Source of the DNA: Campylobacterota bacterium
Lineage (GTDB): Bacteria; Campylobacterota; Campylobacteria; Campylobacterales; Arcobacteraceae
NCBI GenBank assembly: GCA_003643835.1
Contig: QMKX01000002.1
Coordinates: 24,193-88,192, forward strand
Reading direction: 5' to 3'
Length of the DNA stretch: 64,000 bases
This document shows, one piece after another, positions 30,401 to 39,432 of this stretch. Under the pieces are notes generated by a model, which saw nothing but the letters and a program-made list of their open reading frames with translations, did no database searches and had not been told where the DNA came from. Position numbers and translations under genes: made by a program. Numbering within the stretch: the stretch's first letter is position 1; each line of letters begins with the position of its first letter.

Positions 30401-30615
30401 AAGTATCTCTAAAAATAAACGAAAATATATCAATAGCAAATATACCACTCATAGCATGGGAGTTTTATATAGGAGGCTACCAACCAGCCCAAAAATGGCT
30501 CAAAGACAGAGTAGGCAGAGAATTGACAAGAAGTGATTTAAAACACTACAACAAGATCATAAACGCACTAGTGAGGACCGATGGATTGATGAAAGAGATA
30601 GATGAGATCATATAG
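27439..30615 (+). CDS. Type IIG / type ISP-C-like fused restriction endonuclease-N6-adenine DNA methyltransferase
   Basis: N-terminal PD-(D/E)xK candidate GAPDYSI...IGYIEAKDIG, SAM motif I ILDPATGTGTFL, motif IV VMGNPPYAVSS. C-terminal tail LDYIYAVLHSPKYRDRYKEFLKIDFPRVPY and IGGYQPAQKWLKDRVGRELT, as in YeeA/type ISP C-terminal specificity domains. No helicase domain. Confidence 0.8.
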   Translation: MIKYIDNISRLYNTGKATEHSYRGDLQQLLNDIIDNTDIIVTNEPSRIRDVGAPDYSITKKDIPIGYIEAKDIGATDLVGQKTNKEQFDRYKDALDNLIITDYLDFLFYKNGKLIQKISIAKIQNNKIIPIEENFSLFTNNILDFTTFVSQTITSPSRLAKLMAGKARLLEVIIENAILSDVQSDENNSLRNEMNIFKTTLIHDITAASFADIYAQTIAYGLFTARLHDKTLEDFTRQEAQYLIPKSNPFLRGLFNYIGGAECDDRLIWIIDSLSEIFLATNIEKLFVDYGTKGGMEDPIIHFYETFLGEYNPKLRKSRGVWYTPASVVNFIVRACDEVLKDEFDLEDGLTDDSKIKIKVDDTDTGYTKSGILRQKEKEVHKVQILDPATGTGTFLAETIKLIKKDFWGGSWSSYVEKDLVPRLNGFELLMASYAMAHLKLDLLLMETGYKPTTEKQKRFNIFLTNSLEEYHEQTGSLFSTYLANESKEADRIKKETPVMVVMGNPPYAVSSSNKSNWIQNLIQDYKKNLNERKINLDDDYIKFIRYGQHYIEKNGEGILAYISNNSFIDGITHRQMRKSLLECFDKIYILDLHGNSKKKEVCPDGSKDENVFDIMQGVSINIFIKKKENFKKLAEVFHADLYGKRDFKYSFLNDNNLKSIKWNKLDYIEPYYFFVPKDFEAIEEYEKYFKVDKLFSERVSGVETVRDKITIHFDKGSLKKVIDDFVKLDQAEIAEKYKTTDARDWKINRAKDDILKNIDNQNVWQKISYRMFDTRETFYSGKQNGFVCNGRFNVMKHMTKENLSIILPRICKGSKGFKHGFVSKFIVDRAFGDAYSGAGTNVFPLYLYQDESSLGSTRTPNLNLEIIADIEKALNLKFTPEKIQNSKSNIQNSTFAPIDILDYIYAVLHSPKYRDRYKEFLKIDFPRVPYPSIDNFWRFVELGGKIRASHLMEDARLDDRIIDISGDGDMTITNKLNKKDTTIEADKVSLKINENISIANIPLIAWEFYIGGYQPAQKWLKDRVGRELTRSDLKHYNKIINALVRTDGLMKEIDEII

Positions 30616-30659
30616 ACACATGATATCTAAAAACGACAAGGATAGGATAGAATTTTTGT

Positions 30660-31580
30660 TTGAGTTGTATGAGGAGTATTTGGATGGATGAGGCAATAAA
30701 TAAAATAAGAAATATCTACAGTAAAAATAGCCAGTTTGCTTCTTTAATAGAAACTTACAACAATAGAGGATTGAGTGCTTTTTTTAAGCAACAGCAAAAA
30801 CTTTCCAGCTTTTCAAGCTCCATATCTATACCAACACTTGACATGTCTGGATTGCAAAATATACATAAGCTAAACAGCCAAATAGGCACTATGACTAATC
30901 TTTTCAATAATAAAGGCATGAATAAATTCTTTGAAAAACAACAAGGAATTTCAAAGTTAATAGATTTTTCAAGTCATCCACTCGCTAAAAAATCCGAAGA
31001 GCTGCATAGAATATTTGAACCAATCATCAAGCAAAATCAATTTTTGGCTGAACAATTTGATAGTTTACAAAAAATAGATAAATCTTTTGTAGATAATTTT
31101 AATAAGTTAGAAAAAAACTTAAAACCTATAGAGTTTGACAAAGAGTTTTTTGATTTAGATAATGTAGATTCTATTGTAATACAGAAAGATATAGAAACAA
31201 TAAACAATAAGATAATCAATAAAAAAATTTTAACTAAAGAAGATATATCTTTAATTGTAGCAATATTGAGTTTTATGCTTACACTTGCTATGTATTTATT
31301 TCCAAACAATCAACAACAAACAATACATCAAACAATAAATAATTCTATTACATTACCAAACAAAGGTGTTTATTATGAAGTAGTCAAGCAGGTGCATGTG
31401 AGAAAATATCCAAATAGTTCAGCTACATCAGAAATACTTGATATTGTTTACCCAAATCAAAAACTACTCATAATTGAAGATAAGACAGATTGGATAAAGG
31501 TTGAATATTTTAATGAAAAACTACAAGAAACAATCGTAGGCTGGGTATTTAAAAAATATACAAAAAGATCAAAAGAATAG
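30660..31580 (+). CDS. Hypothetical membrane protein with C-terminal bacterial SH3 domain
   Basis: One TM helix (ISLIVAILSFMLTLAMYLF). C-terminus VHVRKYPNSSATSEILDIVYPNQKLLIIEDKTDWIKVEY...GWVFKKY resembles SH3b. Start uncertain (TTG at 30660, or an internal ATG). Confidence 0.5.
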   Translation: MSCMRSIWMDEAINKIRNIYSKNSQFASLIETYNNRGLSAFFKQQQKLSSFSSSISIPTLDMSGLQNIHKLNSQIGTMTNLFNNKGMNKFFEKQQGISKLIDFSSHPLAKKSEELHRIFEPIIKQNQFLAEQFDSLQKIDKSFVDNFNKLEKNLKPIEFDKEFFDLDNVDSIVIQKDIETINNKIINKKILTKEDISLIVAILSFMLTLAMYLFPNNQQQTIHQTINNSITLPNKGVYYEVVKQVHVRKYPNSSATSEILDIVYPNQKLLIIEDKTDWIKVEYFNEKLQETIVGWVFKKYTKRSKE

Positions 31581-31975
31581 TAGTTGATAACGATAGATAA
31601 TATGACCAAAAATATAGAAAAACAGCACTATATCAAATGACCCATGCCACCTATCCTATATAGGAAGCCACCCTTGGTGCCTTGTCGGAAGCTGGGAACC
31701 TTTCGACAATTTTATCAAAACAAACTTAAAAAAAGTCAAAAAATCGCATATTTTTATAAAAATTGTCAAATACCGATAGTTTTTGATAAAATCAAAAACA
31801 AAAGAAAACTTATATTTGGAAGTTTTAGACAATATACAAAAACTATCAAAAACCAACGACCAAATATCAAATACACAATCATAGAGATTTTAGAGGTGTC
31901 CTTAATAAATAAATGATATTATAAGCGACAGTCTCCAAAGTGGAAACAGTTCAAGACAAAAACAAAAGGAAAAAT

Positions 31976-33262
31976 ATGTTAAATAAAAGCAAAGAGGCAT
32001 TTGGTCAAGCAAAAAAAGTCATACCCGGTGGTGTAGATAGTCCTGTGAGAAGTTTCGCTGGCGTTGGTGGCACACCGCCTTTTATATCACATGGAGCAGG
32101 TGCATATATGTTTGACATAGATGGCAACCGATATGTGGATTTTGTGCAAAGTTGGGGGCCGTTGGTATTTGGTCACTGCGATGAAGATATCCAAGACGAA
32201 GTTATAAAAGCAGTCAAACGAGGTTTGTCGTTTGGCGCTCCTACAACCATAGAGACACAGTTGGCCAAAGAGATAGTAGATATGTTTGAGTTTATCGACA
32301 AGGTGCGATTTGTAAGTAGTGGCACGGAAGCGGTCATGAGTGCTATACGCTTGGCTCGTGGTGTCACAAACAGAGACAATATAGTCAAGTTTGACGGATG
32401 TTATCATGGACACAGCGATAGTTTGCTGGTATCTGCTGGTAGTGGTATGGCGACATTTGGCACACCTAGTAGCCCTGGAGTTCCTACCGACCTTGTCAAG
32501 CATACGATACTTAGTGAATACAACAACATAGCTAAACTTGAAGAGTGCTTTGCCAACAACGCCGACATAGCATGTATAGTAGTAGAGCCCATAGCTGGCA
32601 ATATGGGTCTAGTGCCTGCATCGAGTGAGTTTTTGCGAGCTTGCCGAGAGCTATGCGACCGACACGGAGCTATGCTGATATTTGATGAAGTTATGAGTGG
32701 ATTTCGTGCTAGTTTATATGGTGCTTGTGGCTTATATGACACTACACCAGATATCATAACATGGGGCAAAGTCATAGGAGCAGGTATGCCTGTAGGGGCA
32801 TTTGCCAGTAGTGAGAAAATTATGAATCAACTCAGCCCAGATGGTCCTATATATCAAGCAGGAACTCTAAGTGGCAATCCAGTAGCCATGAGTGCTGGTC
32901 TAAAAAGTTTGCAGAAACTCAAAGCCGACAAAACTATATACGATAGGCTAAACCAAAAAGCCAAAAAGTTAGTCCAAGGGCTTAAAAATATGGCAGACAA
33001 ATACGATGTGCCACTACAAGTCGCCACACGAGGCAGTATGTTTGGATTTTTCTTTTGTGATGTAGTTCCAACCAATATGGCACAAGTCGGCAAGTGTGAT
33101 TTTGATAGATTTAATATATTTTTCAACCATATGCTGACACACGGCTACTACTTTGCATGTAGTCAATATGAAACTGGGTTTATCAACACAGTTATAAGCG
33201 ATGATGACATAGACGGGTGTATCGCTACAAGCAAAGAGGTATTTGCCTTGATGGGTCGTTAG
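31976..33262 (+). CDS. hemL: Glutamate-1-semialdehyde 2,1-aminomutase
   Basis: N-terminus [25 protein letters not shown]; PLP lysine region [15 protein letters not shown] at 31976 preferred over the ORF-track start at 31940. Confidence 0.95.
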   Translation: MLNKSKEAFGQAKKVIPGGVDSPVRSFAGVGGTPPFISHGAGAYMFDIDGNRYVDFVQSWGPLVFGHCDEDIQDEVIKAVKRGLSFGAPTTIETQLAKEIVDMFEFIDKVRFVSSGTEAVMSAIRLARGVTNRDNIVKFDGCYHGHSDSLLVSAGSGMATFGTPSSPGVPTDLVKHTILSEYNNIAKLEECFANNADIACIVVEPIAGNMGLVPASSEFLRACRELCDRHGAMLIFDEVMSGFRASLYGACGLYDTTPDIITWGKVIGAGMPVGAFASSEKIMNQLSPDGPIYQAGTLSGNPVAMSAGLKSLQKLKADKTIYDRLNQKAKKLVQGLKNMADKYDVPLQVATRGSMFGFFFCDVVPTNMAQVGKCDFDRFNIFFNHMLTHGYYFACSQYETGFINTVISDDDIDGCIATSKEVFALMGR

Positions 33263-34245
33263 ACCCCAAGTCCTTCATCGAGCCCACACATTATGTTTGC
33301 GTTGACCACCGCTTGACTGCTGGCACCTCTGCTTAAGTTGTCTATACTTGTGTTTATAAACAAATTTTGACCCTTTAAAGCTACAAATATATCACAAAAG
33401 TTGGTGCCAGCTGTGTCTTTTATAGTTGGTGGGTTGGTTCGTATCCTGACAAATTTCTGTGAGTTATAGTAGTCTGTCAATATTTTTGTAGCATCTATCT
33501 TGTTGTCAAGTTGCAGATATATAGAGCAGAGCATACCACGAGATATAGGCAAAAGATGAGGCACGAAGTTTATGTCATAACTTTTTTTGGTGAAGTTTTT
33601 GAGTATATACTCTATCTCATAGCCGTGTCTATGTGTCAAAGGTGAGTAGGCGAAGCTGTTTTCTTGCATATTCATAAAAGCTGTAGTTTGGTTAAGCTTC
33701 TTGCCGGCACCACTGACACCACTTTTTGCATCGATAAATATAGGCGTGTCTGGTTTGATATATGACACAAACGGCATAAGCCCCAGTAGTGTAGCAGTAG
33801 GATAGCATCCGGGATTTGCCACTAACGATGTGTTGGCTATATCTTTGCTGTAAAACTCTGGCAACCCATATGTAGCATTTTGTAGATTTTCCTTGTCTGT
33901 ATGGGCACAATAGGCAGCCTCATAAGTAGCCACATCAAGTCTATAGTCCGCACTTAGATCCACTACTTTGAGACCTTTTTGCAAAAGTTTCGGCACTATA
34001 CTCATAGCAGTTTGATGTGGCACGGCTAAAAACACAAGCTGGGATTTATCCGCTATATCGTCTATACTGGTTTTTGATACCGCTATATCTAGCACTCCAT
34101 GTAGCTCGGGGTGTATCTGTGCTAGGCTTTGTCCGCCTGTGCTGTTTGATACATAGTTTATACGAAATTTGCTATGATGCAGAAGTATCTGCACAAGCTC
34201 GAGTCCAGTGAAACCGCTCACACCTACTATGGCTACATTTATCAT
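33259..34245 (-). CDS. argC: N-acetyl-gamma-glutamyl-phosphate reductase
   Basis: [11 protein letters not shown] Rossmann motif and active-site NPGCYPTA. Confidence 0.9.
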   Translation of the reverse strand: MINVAIVGVSGFTGLELVQILLHHSKFRINYVSNSTGGQSLAQIHPELHGVLDIAVSKTSIDDIADKSQLVFLAVPHQTAMSIVPKLLQKGLKVVDLSADYRLDVATYEAAYCAHTDKENLQNATYGLPEFYSKDIANTSLVANPGCYPTATLLGLMPFVSYIKPDTPIFIDAKSGVSGAGKKLNQTTAFMNMQENSFAYSPLTHRHGYEIEYILKNFTKKSYDINFVPHLLPISRGMLCSIYLQLDNKIDATKILTDYYNSQKFVRIRTNPPTIKDTAGTNFCDIFVALKGQNLFINTSIDNLSRGASSQAVVNANIMCGLDEGLGV

Positions 34246-34445
34246 ATCAGCACCTGCCTTCGCAATTGGTTATATCACAAATAATATTTGTGTTTTTGTT
34301 GTTGATTTGTTTCATAATAAAGTATTTTATCAAATTTTTATAAATTTTACTACTGTTTTTAAGTGTATTAAGATAAAATAGTGCGAAATAGGTATTGAGT
34401 ATATGTCATAATATCCTGAATACCTCTTTTTAGACCCAAACAATC

Positions 34446-35921
34446 TTGCTTAAAGAAACTGCCCCAGGATGGGAACATAGCAAGGCGGCTTTTTTCAAGG
34501 TGTGTTCGGGTATCTGGAAAGGGGGACTTATCTTACAATTTTATAACCATATTATCAAAGCTAAGATTCCTTTCGTGCCACAAGTAGCCGGCAAAGTTTC
34601 TATATATGTGTGTGGTCCCACTGTGTATGATTATACTCATTTAGGACACTGTCGCAGTGCTGTGGTATTTGATATACTTCATAGAGTTTTGAAAATGTCA
34701 AATTATCAAGTAGCTATGGTCAAAAATTTCACAGACATAGATGACAAAATTATAAACAAACTACAAACTACAAATCAAACTTTAGAGCAACTAACCTCAT
34801 ACTATATACAAAAATATCAAAATGATATGAAAGCTTTAAACATATTGCCAAATACTTTAGAACCAAAAGCAACTGACAATATACCTGCTATGATCACTAT
34901 GATAAAAAAACTATTGGAAAACTCACAAGCTTACAGCCTTCAAGACGGCATATATTTTGATACTTCAAACGACAAGCTTTATGGCGCTATAAGTGGTAAA
35001 ACCACAGATGAAAATGACCAACAAAGAGTAAAACACAACAAAGATAAAAAAGATAAAAAAGATTTTGTGCTGTGGAAATTTGATAACAATAGCATATATT
35101 ATGAAGCCCCATTTGGTGCAGGTAGGCCCGGCTGGCATACAGAATGTAGTGCTATGATAGACAAGCATCTAAGCGACAAAAATTTGCCATATGCTGTCGA
35201 TATACACGGTGGAGGTGCTGACTTGAAGTTTCCTCACCACGAAAATGAAGCCTCGCAAACAAGAGTTTGCCACGGTCAAGAGCTCTCAAAATACTGGATA
35301 CACAATGGATTTGTAAACACCGATGGCATAAAGATGAGTAAGTCACTTGGCAATAGCTTTTATTTTAAAGATGTATTAAAAAAATATCAAGGTGAAGTGG
35401 TGCGGTTTTATATGCTTGGCACCAACTATGCAACTGATTTTAACTTTAGCGAAAATGGTTTAACATCAAGCAAAAAACGATTAGATAGACTGTATCGCCT
35501 GAAAAAACTGGTATATAATATAACGTCAAATGATATAGAAGTGATACAAGATATACAAAACTCACTACACGACGATATGAATAGTTCTAAAGCCTTAGTA
35601 GCTTTAGATATATTTGTAGCTCAAAGTTTTGAAAAACTTCAAGACAAACCAAAAAACAACGAATTAAAACTTGATATCAAAAGAAAATTTAATTATATAG
35701 AAAAGATATTAGGTATTGGATATCAAGACCCATATAGATATTTTCAGTTTGGTATATGCGAAGAACAAAAAAGAAAAATAGAAAAACTTATAAACACAAG
35801 AGATAAAGCCAAAATCGAAAAAAACTACAAAATAGCTGATGATGTGAGAGATAAGCTAACCAAAGAAGGGATCAATATTTTAGATACAAAAGATGGAACA
35901 ATATGGGAAAAACAGGTCTAA
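34446..35921 (+). CDS. cysS: Cysteinyl-tRNA synthetase (true start probably near 34500-34533)
   Basis: HIGH-type YDYTHLGH, KMSKS, GWHTECS zinc site. The conserved N-terminus LQFYNH... begins 30 codons into the ORF. Confidence 0.9.
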   Translation: MLKETAPGWEHSKAAFFKVCSGIWKGGLILQFYNHIIKAKIPFVPQVAGKVSIYVCGPTVYDYTHLGHCRSAVVFDILHRVLKMSNYQVAMVKNFTDIDDKIINKLQTTNQTLEQLTSYYIQKYQNDMKALNILPNTLEPKATDNIPAMITMIKKLLENSQAYSLQDGIYFDTSNDKLYGAISGKTTDENDQQRVKHNKDKKDKKDFVLWKFDNNSIYYEAPFGAGRPGWHTECSAMIDKHLSDKNLPYAVDIHGGGADLKFPHHENEASQTRVCHGQELSKYWIHNGFVNTDGIKMSKSLGNSFYFKDVLKKYQGEVVRFYMLGTNYATDFNFSENGLTSSKKRLDRLYRLKKLVYNITSNDIEVIQDIQNSLHDDMNSSKALVALDIFVAQSFEKLQDKPKNNELKLDIKRKFNYIEKILGIGYQDPYRYFQFGICEEQKRKIEKLINTRDKAKIEKNYKIADDVRDKLTKEGINILDTKDGTIWEKQV

Positions 35922-35923
35922 TA

Positions 35924-37081
35924 TCATAAACTTTGTGCTACTATTGCTCCGCTACTCCAAGCAAACTGCAAATTAAATCCACCGCAGTTGGCATCTATAT
36001 CGAGAAGTTCGCCACAAAAATACAGATTTTTCACTTTTTTTGATTGTAGGGTATTTGTATCTATCTCCTTGATATCAACTCCGCCACTACAAACTTCGCC
36101 ATACTTGAAACCTCTTGTGCCTATTATTTTAAATTCGATGTTTTTTAGTTTTTTTGCTATTGTGGATAAGTTATCATTGTGTGATACTATGCTTATAAAC
36201 TTTTCATGAACCAAACCTAAAAGTAACTCTTTGTTTGTTTTGTTTTGAAATATTTTTGCTCTATGTTTTAGATAATTTATCAGTTCATATTCACTAAACT
36301 CGTGAAAAATATCTACCACTATAGAGATATCTTGAGTGTTGTATTGTCGCAAAAATCTACTTTGTTCAAGTATAGCCAGCCCAGATAAACCATAGTTTGT
36401 AAACAATAGATCGCCACAGACAATATGTTTTGGCTTGTCGTCTATAAGCATCGTTGTTTTTGTGTCTATTTTTATGCCTGACAACATAACGCAAAGAGGG
36501 TTATTTGACAAAAGTGGAACCAAACTTGCTTTTGTATTTATGATATTGTGAGAAAGTTTTGAAGCTATTTCATAGCCAATTGTAGCTCCTAATTTATGTG
36601 CCATAGAGCCTGTAGACAAAACAACCTTGTCAAAATTGTATAAGATATTGTTTGAAGTTTCTAATAAAAACATATTCTTTTCTTTTGTGATATTTGTGAT
36701 TGTTGTGTTGTAATTTAATTGTATGTTTAAGTTTTTTATCTCAAGAGATAAAAGTTTTGACACAGTTTTTGCTTGCAGTGTTTTAGGATACAATCTGTGT
36801 GGCTTTTTGTCAAGTATCAACTCTAACCCAATAGACTTAAAAAACTTGATAGTGTCATCTAATCCAAATATATCAAATATTTTTTTCACAAACTCTTTAT
36901 TGTTGTATTGGTGTGATTCTATCTTTTCGTTTGTCAAGTTGCATCTGCCATTGCCTGTGGTGTTTAATTTTTTTGCACAACTGTCTTGTCTCTCAAATAG
37001 CACTACATTTTTGCCTAATCTACTTGCGATTATAGCACATATCAACCCAGATGCCCCTGCTCCTATTATGGCGGTTTTCAA
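35924..37081 (-). CDS. HI0933/BaiN-like FAD-dependent oxidoreductase
   Basis: IIGAGASGL dinucleotide fold and a C-terminal GELLDIDANCGGFNLQFAWSSG motif typical of the HI0933 family. Confidence 0.8.
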   Translation of the reverse strand: MKTAIIGAGASGLICAIIASRLGKNVVLFERQDSCAKKLNTTGNGRCNLTNEKIESHQYNNKEFVKKIFDIFGLDDTIKFFKSIGLELILDKKPHRLYPKTLQAKTVSKLLSLEIKNLNIQLNYNTTITNITKEKNMFLLETSNNILYNFDKVVLSTGSMAHKLGATIGYEIASKLSHNIINTKASLVPLLSNNPLCVMLSGIKIDTKTTMLIDDKPKHIVCGDLLFTNYGLSGLAILEQSRFLRQYNTQDISIVVDIFHEFSEYELINYLKHRAKIFQNKTNKELLLGLVHEKFISIVSHNDNLSTIAKKLKNIEFKIIGTRGFKYGEVCSGGVDIKEIDTNTLQSKKVKNLYFCGELLDIDANCGGFNLQFAWSSGAIVAQSL

Positions 37082-38418
37082 ACTTTTTTATCTTTTAATG
37101 TTTGGGCTATCAACTCTATAGGATTTTTAAACACTACATTGTTTTTACTTCGTCCTAAACCATCTGTGATTTGCATTTTACAAGCACTACACTCGGCACT
37201 TACTATATTTACTTTTGTATTTAATATGTTATCTGCTTTTATTCTGCCTATTTGTTTTGCATAACCATAATTTGATGTTTGCATAGATACACCTCCAAAA
37301 CCACAACAACTATCGGCATTTTCCATCTCTTTTATGTTGTAGCTATTTTTTAGAAGTTCTCGTGGTTCTTTGTATATGCCTTGGATCTTTTTGGCATGAC
37401 AAGAGTCATGATATGTTATAGCCAATTTAGACAAATTTATATCGCTGTTTTGTTTGAGAATATCGTTTAATTGGGTGTTGTCATAAAGCCACTTTGTAGC
37501 CATATGAACTTTTGAGGTGATTTTTTTGGCTCTTTTTTGCCACGAAGGTTGGTCGTGCAAATAGTGCTGCCAATCGTGCTTAATCATAGCACTACAAGTT
37601 GCTTCAGGTATAACAATAGCATCAAAATCATCTATAATCGACTCAAAATAGTTTATGTTTTGTTTGACAAGATAATCAACTGTCTCAAAATCACCTGTAA
37701 AATACGCAGGGGCTGCGCAACATAATTGTTTTTTGGGTATCATCACATCAATCTTGAGATATTTTAAAATTTCAAGCAAACTTTTACCGATATTTGTGTA
37801 TGAATAGTTTGCCATACAACCTATAAATATAGCAACTTTTTGTGGTTTTGGTGATGTTGAGTTTTGTATAAACTCGTCGTGTGAGTTTAAAAATGAAACT
37901 TTTTTCGCAAATGGTATTGTCCTATCTTTTATAAACTTTATAGGTAAGTTTAATCTAAATTTAGCACCTTCTTTTTGGTTGTCTATCTTTAAACCACAAG
38001 CTTGAAATACAAAACCAAACTTCGCAGTTATATCCATAATCTTACGATGTCGTAGCAAATAAAAAAAGAGTCGTTTATACCACGATATACCAAACTTTTT
38101 TTTGATATCGTATCGAACTTGCTCGATGATCATATCTGTTGGCAAACTATTTGGACAAACCTCTACACACGAGGTGCATAAAAAACAGCTTTCAAATATC
38201 TTTTTAGTGTTTTTGTCTATATGCAACCTGTCTTGTTTGTAAGCTCCAAGCAAATCTATAAACCCTCTGGGACTTTGGGTTTCATCGCCTGTGATACTAA
38301 ATATAGGACATACTGGTTTGCATTTTCCGCATTTGATACAGTTGTCATTGATATCTTGGTAGTTAAATTTGTCGTTTGTTGTCATAGAGGCATTATACAT
38401 AAATATCTTTAAAGCCAA
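37078..38418 (-). CDS. (Fe-S)-binding protein, GlcF/heterodisulfide-reductase-like with CCG domains
   Basis: Two ferredoxin motifs (CIKCGKCKPVCP, CTSCVEVCP) and two Cys-rich CCG-like regions (LCCAAP, SCCGFGG). Confidence 0.75.
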   Translation of the reverse strand: MALKIFMYNASMTTNDKFNYQDINDNCIKCGKCKPVCPIFSITGDETQSPRGFIDLLGAYKQDRLHIDKNTKKIFESCFLCTSCVEVCPNSLPTDMIIEQVRYDIKKKFGISWYKRLFFYLLRHRKIMDITAKFGFVFQACGLKIDNQKEGAKFRLNLPIKFIKDRTIPFAKKVSFLNSHDEFIQNSTSPKPQKVAIFIGCMANYSYTNIGKSLLEILKYLKIDVMIPKKQLCCAAPAYFTGDFETVDYLVKQNINYFESIIDDFDAIVIPEATCSAMIKHDWQHYLHDQPSWQKRAKKITSKVHMATKWLYDNTQLNDILKQNSDINLSKLAITYHDSCHAKKIQGIYKEPRELLKNSYNIKEMENADSCCGFGGVSMQTSNYGYAKQIGRIKADNILNTKVNIVSAECSACKMQITDGLGRSKNNVVFKNPIELIAQTLKDKKV

Positions 38419-39432
38419 CTATAGTATCAACATAGCATCACCATAAGAATAAAAACGATAGTTTTGTTTGATAGCTTCTTTGTATAACTTGATAGTTTTT
38501 TCAACTCCTATAAATGACGCCACAAGCATAATCAAAGTAGATTTTGGCAAGTGAAAATTTGTAAGAAACATATCAGTTATTTGTGGAGGGTTATTTGGAT
38601 GCAAAAACAGATCGCACAATCCTTGTGGTTTTTTGTTTTGGTTATAATACTCCAAAGTCCTCACAACTGTTGTGCCTACACACAACTTTTTGTTGTTATT
38701 TAGCGATTTTATAGTGCTTTGAGGTATCTCATAACACTCTTTATGTATCTTAAAATCTCTTATATCTTCAACATCTACAGGTTTAAATGTGCCAGCACCT
38801 ATATGAAGAGTAAGATAGTTTATATCAAATTTTTGTTTAAACTTTTCAAACAAATTTTGACTAAAATGTAGTGAAGCAGTGGGCGATGCTACTGCCCCAT
38901 ATGTTTTGGCAAAGATAGTTTGATAATCTTTTATATCATCAATATCATCATCTCTTTTGATATATGATGGCAAGGGTATATGCCCTATTTTATCAAGTAT
39001 TTTCACAAGTTCGTCAAATAACACTACTTTTTTATCTTGATAAAACTGCACTATTTTACTACCATCTTTTGATATATCTAAAACTATTGCGTATAGGTTG
39101 TCTTGAAATACAAGTTTCGCACCAATAGCTACTTTGCCTTTGATAAACACCAAACAATTAGTATCATCTATATATCTAATCACCAGCAACTCAATTTTGC
39201 CACCTGTTGGTTTAATACCATAAATTCTCGCTTTGATTACCTTGGTGTCATTTAGATATACGCTTAAATTGTCTGGCAAGTAGTTTAAGATATTTTTAAA
39301 AATCTCGTGTGTTGTTTTTTTTGTTTGTCTGTCGTATATCAGTAGTTTTGCATCGTCTGCTCTTTTAGTTGGTTTGTTTGCGATACAACGTGAAGGCAAA
39401 TTAAAGTCATATGAGGAGGTGAAAAAACTAAT
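38419..39432 (-). CDS. queA: S-adenosylmethionine:tRNA ribosyltransferase-isomerase QueA (start ambiguous: TTG 39399 or ATT 39432)
   Basis: GAVASPTASLHF, CVGTTVVR, FHLPKSTLIML motifs. The conserved N-terminal SSYDFNLP lies upstream of the TTG used by the ORF track. Confidence 0.85.
   Translation of the reverse strand: MSFFTSSYDFNLPSRCIANKPTKRADDAKLLIYDRQTKKTTHEIFKNILNYLPDNLSVYLNDTKVIKARIYGIKPTGGKIELLVIRYIDDTNCLVFIKGKVAIGAKLVFQDNLYAIVLDISKDGSKIVQFYQDKKVVLFDELVKILDKIGHIPLPSYIKRDDDIDDIKDYQTIFAKTYGAVASPTASLHFSQNLFEKFKQKFDINYLTLHIGAGTFKPVDVEDIRDFKIHKECYEIPQSTIKSLNNNKKLCVGTTVVRTLEYYNQNKKPQGLCDLFLHPNNPPQITDMFLTNFHLPKSTLIMLVASFIGVEKTIKLYKEAIKQNYRFYSYGDAMLIL

Noticed and set aside
31872-31900. Motif CATAGAGATTTTAGAGGTGTCCTTAA, matched in inverted orientation at 61359-61381 (about 20 of 23 nt) and as GAGGTGTCCTTAA at 61499-61511; considered as a MITE/REP-like dispersed element
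   Set aside because: A rough estimate gives tens of matches of this quality by chance over the whole window, and borderline significance even when restricted to intergenic DNA. One copy lies inside a CDS. No target-site duplication or consistent termini were seen.
31644-31916. 90-aa basic ORF in the long spacer upstream of hemL
   Set aside because: No RBS, and a Lys/Ile/Phe-rich low-complexity translation. An antisense ORF of similar length overlaps it. It is more likely non-coding spacer.
34461-34495. CTGCC...GGCGG stem followed by CTTTTTT upstream of cysS, considered as an attenuator or riboswitch terminator
   Set aside because: Only 5 bp including a G:U pair, with a 21-nt loop. Too weak on its own, so it is mentioned only in the cysS start-codon finding.
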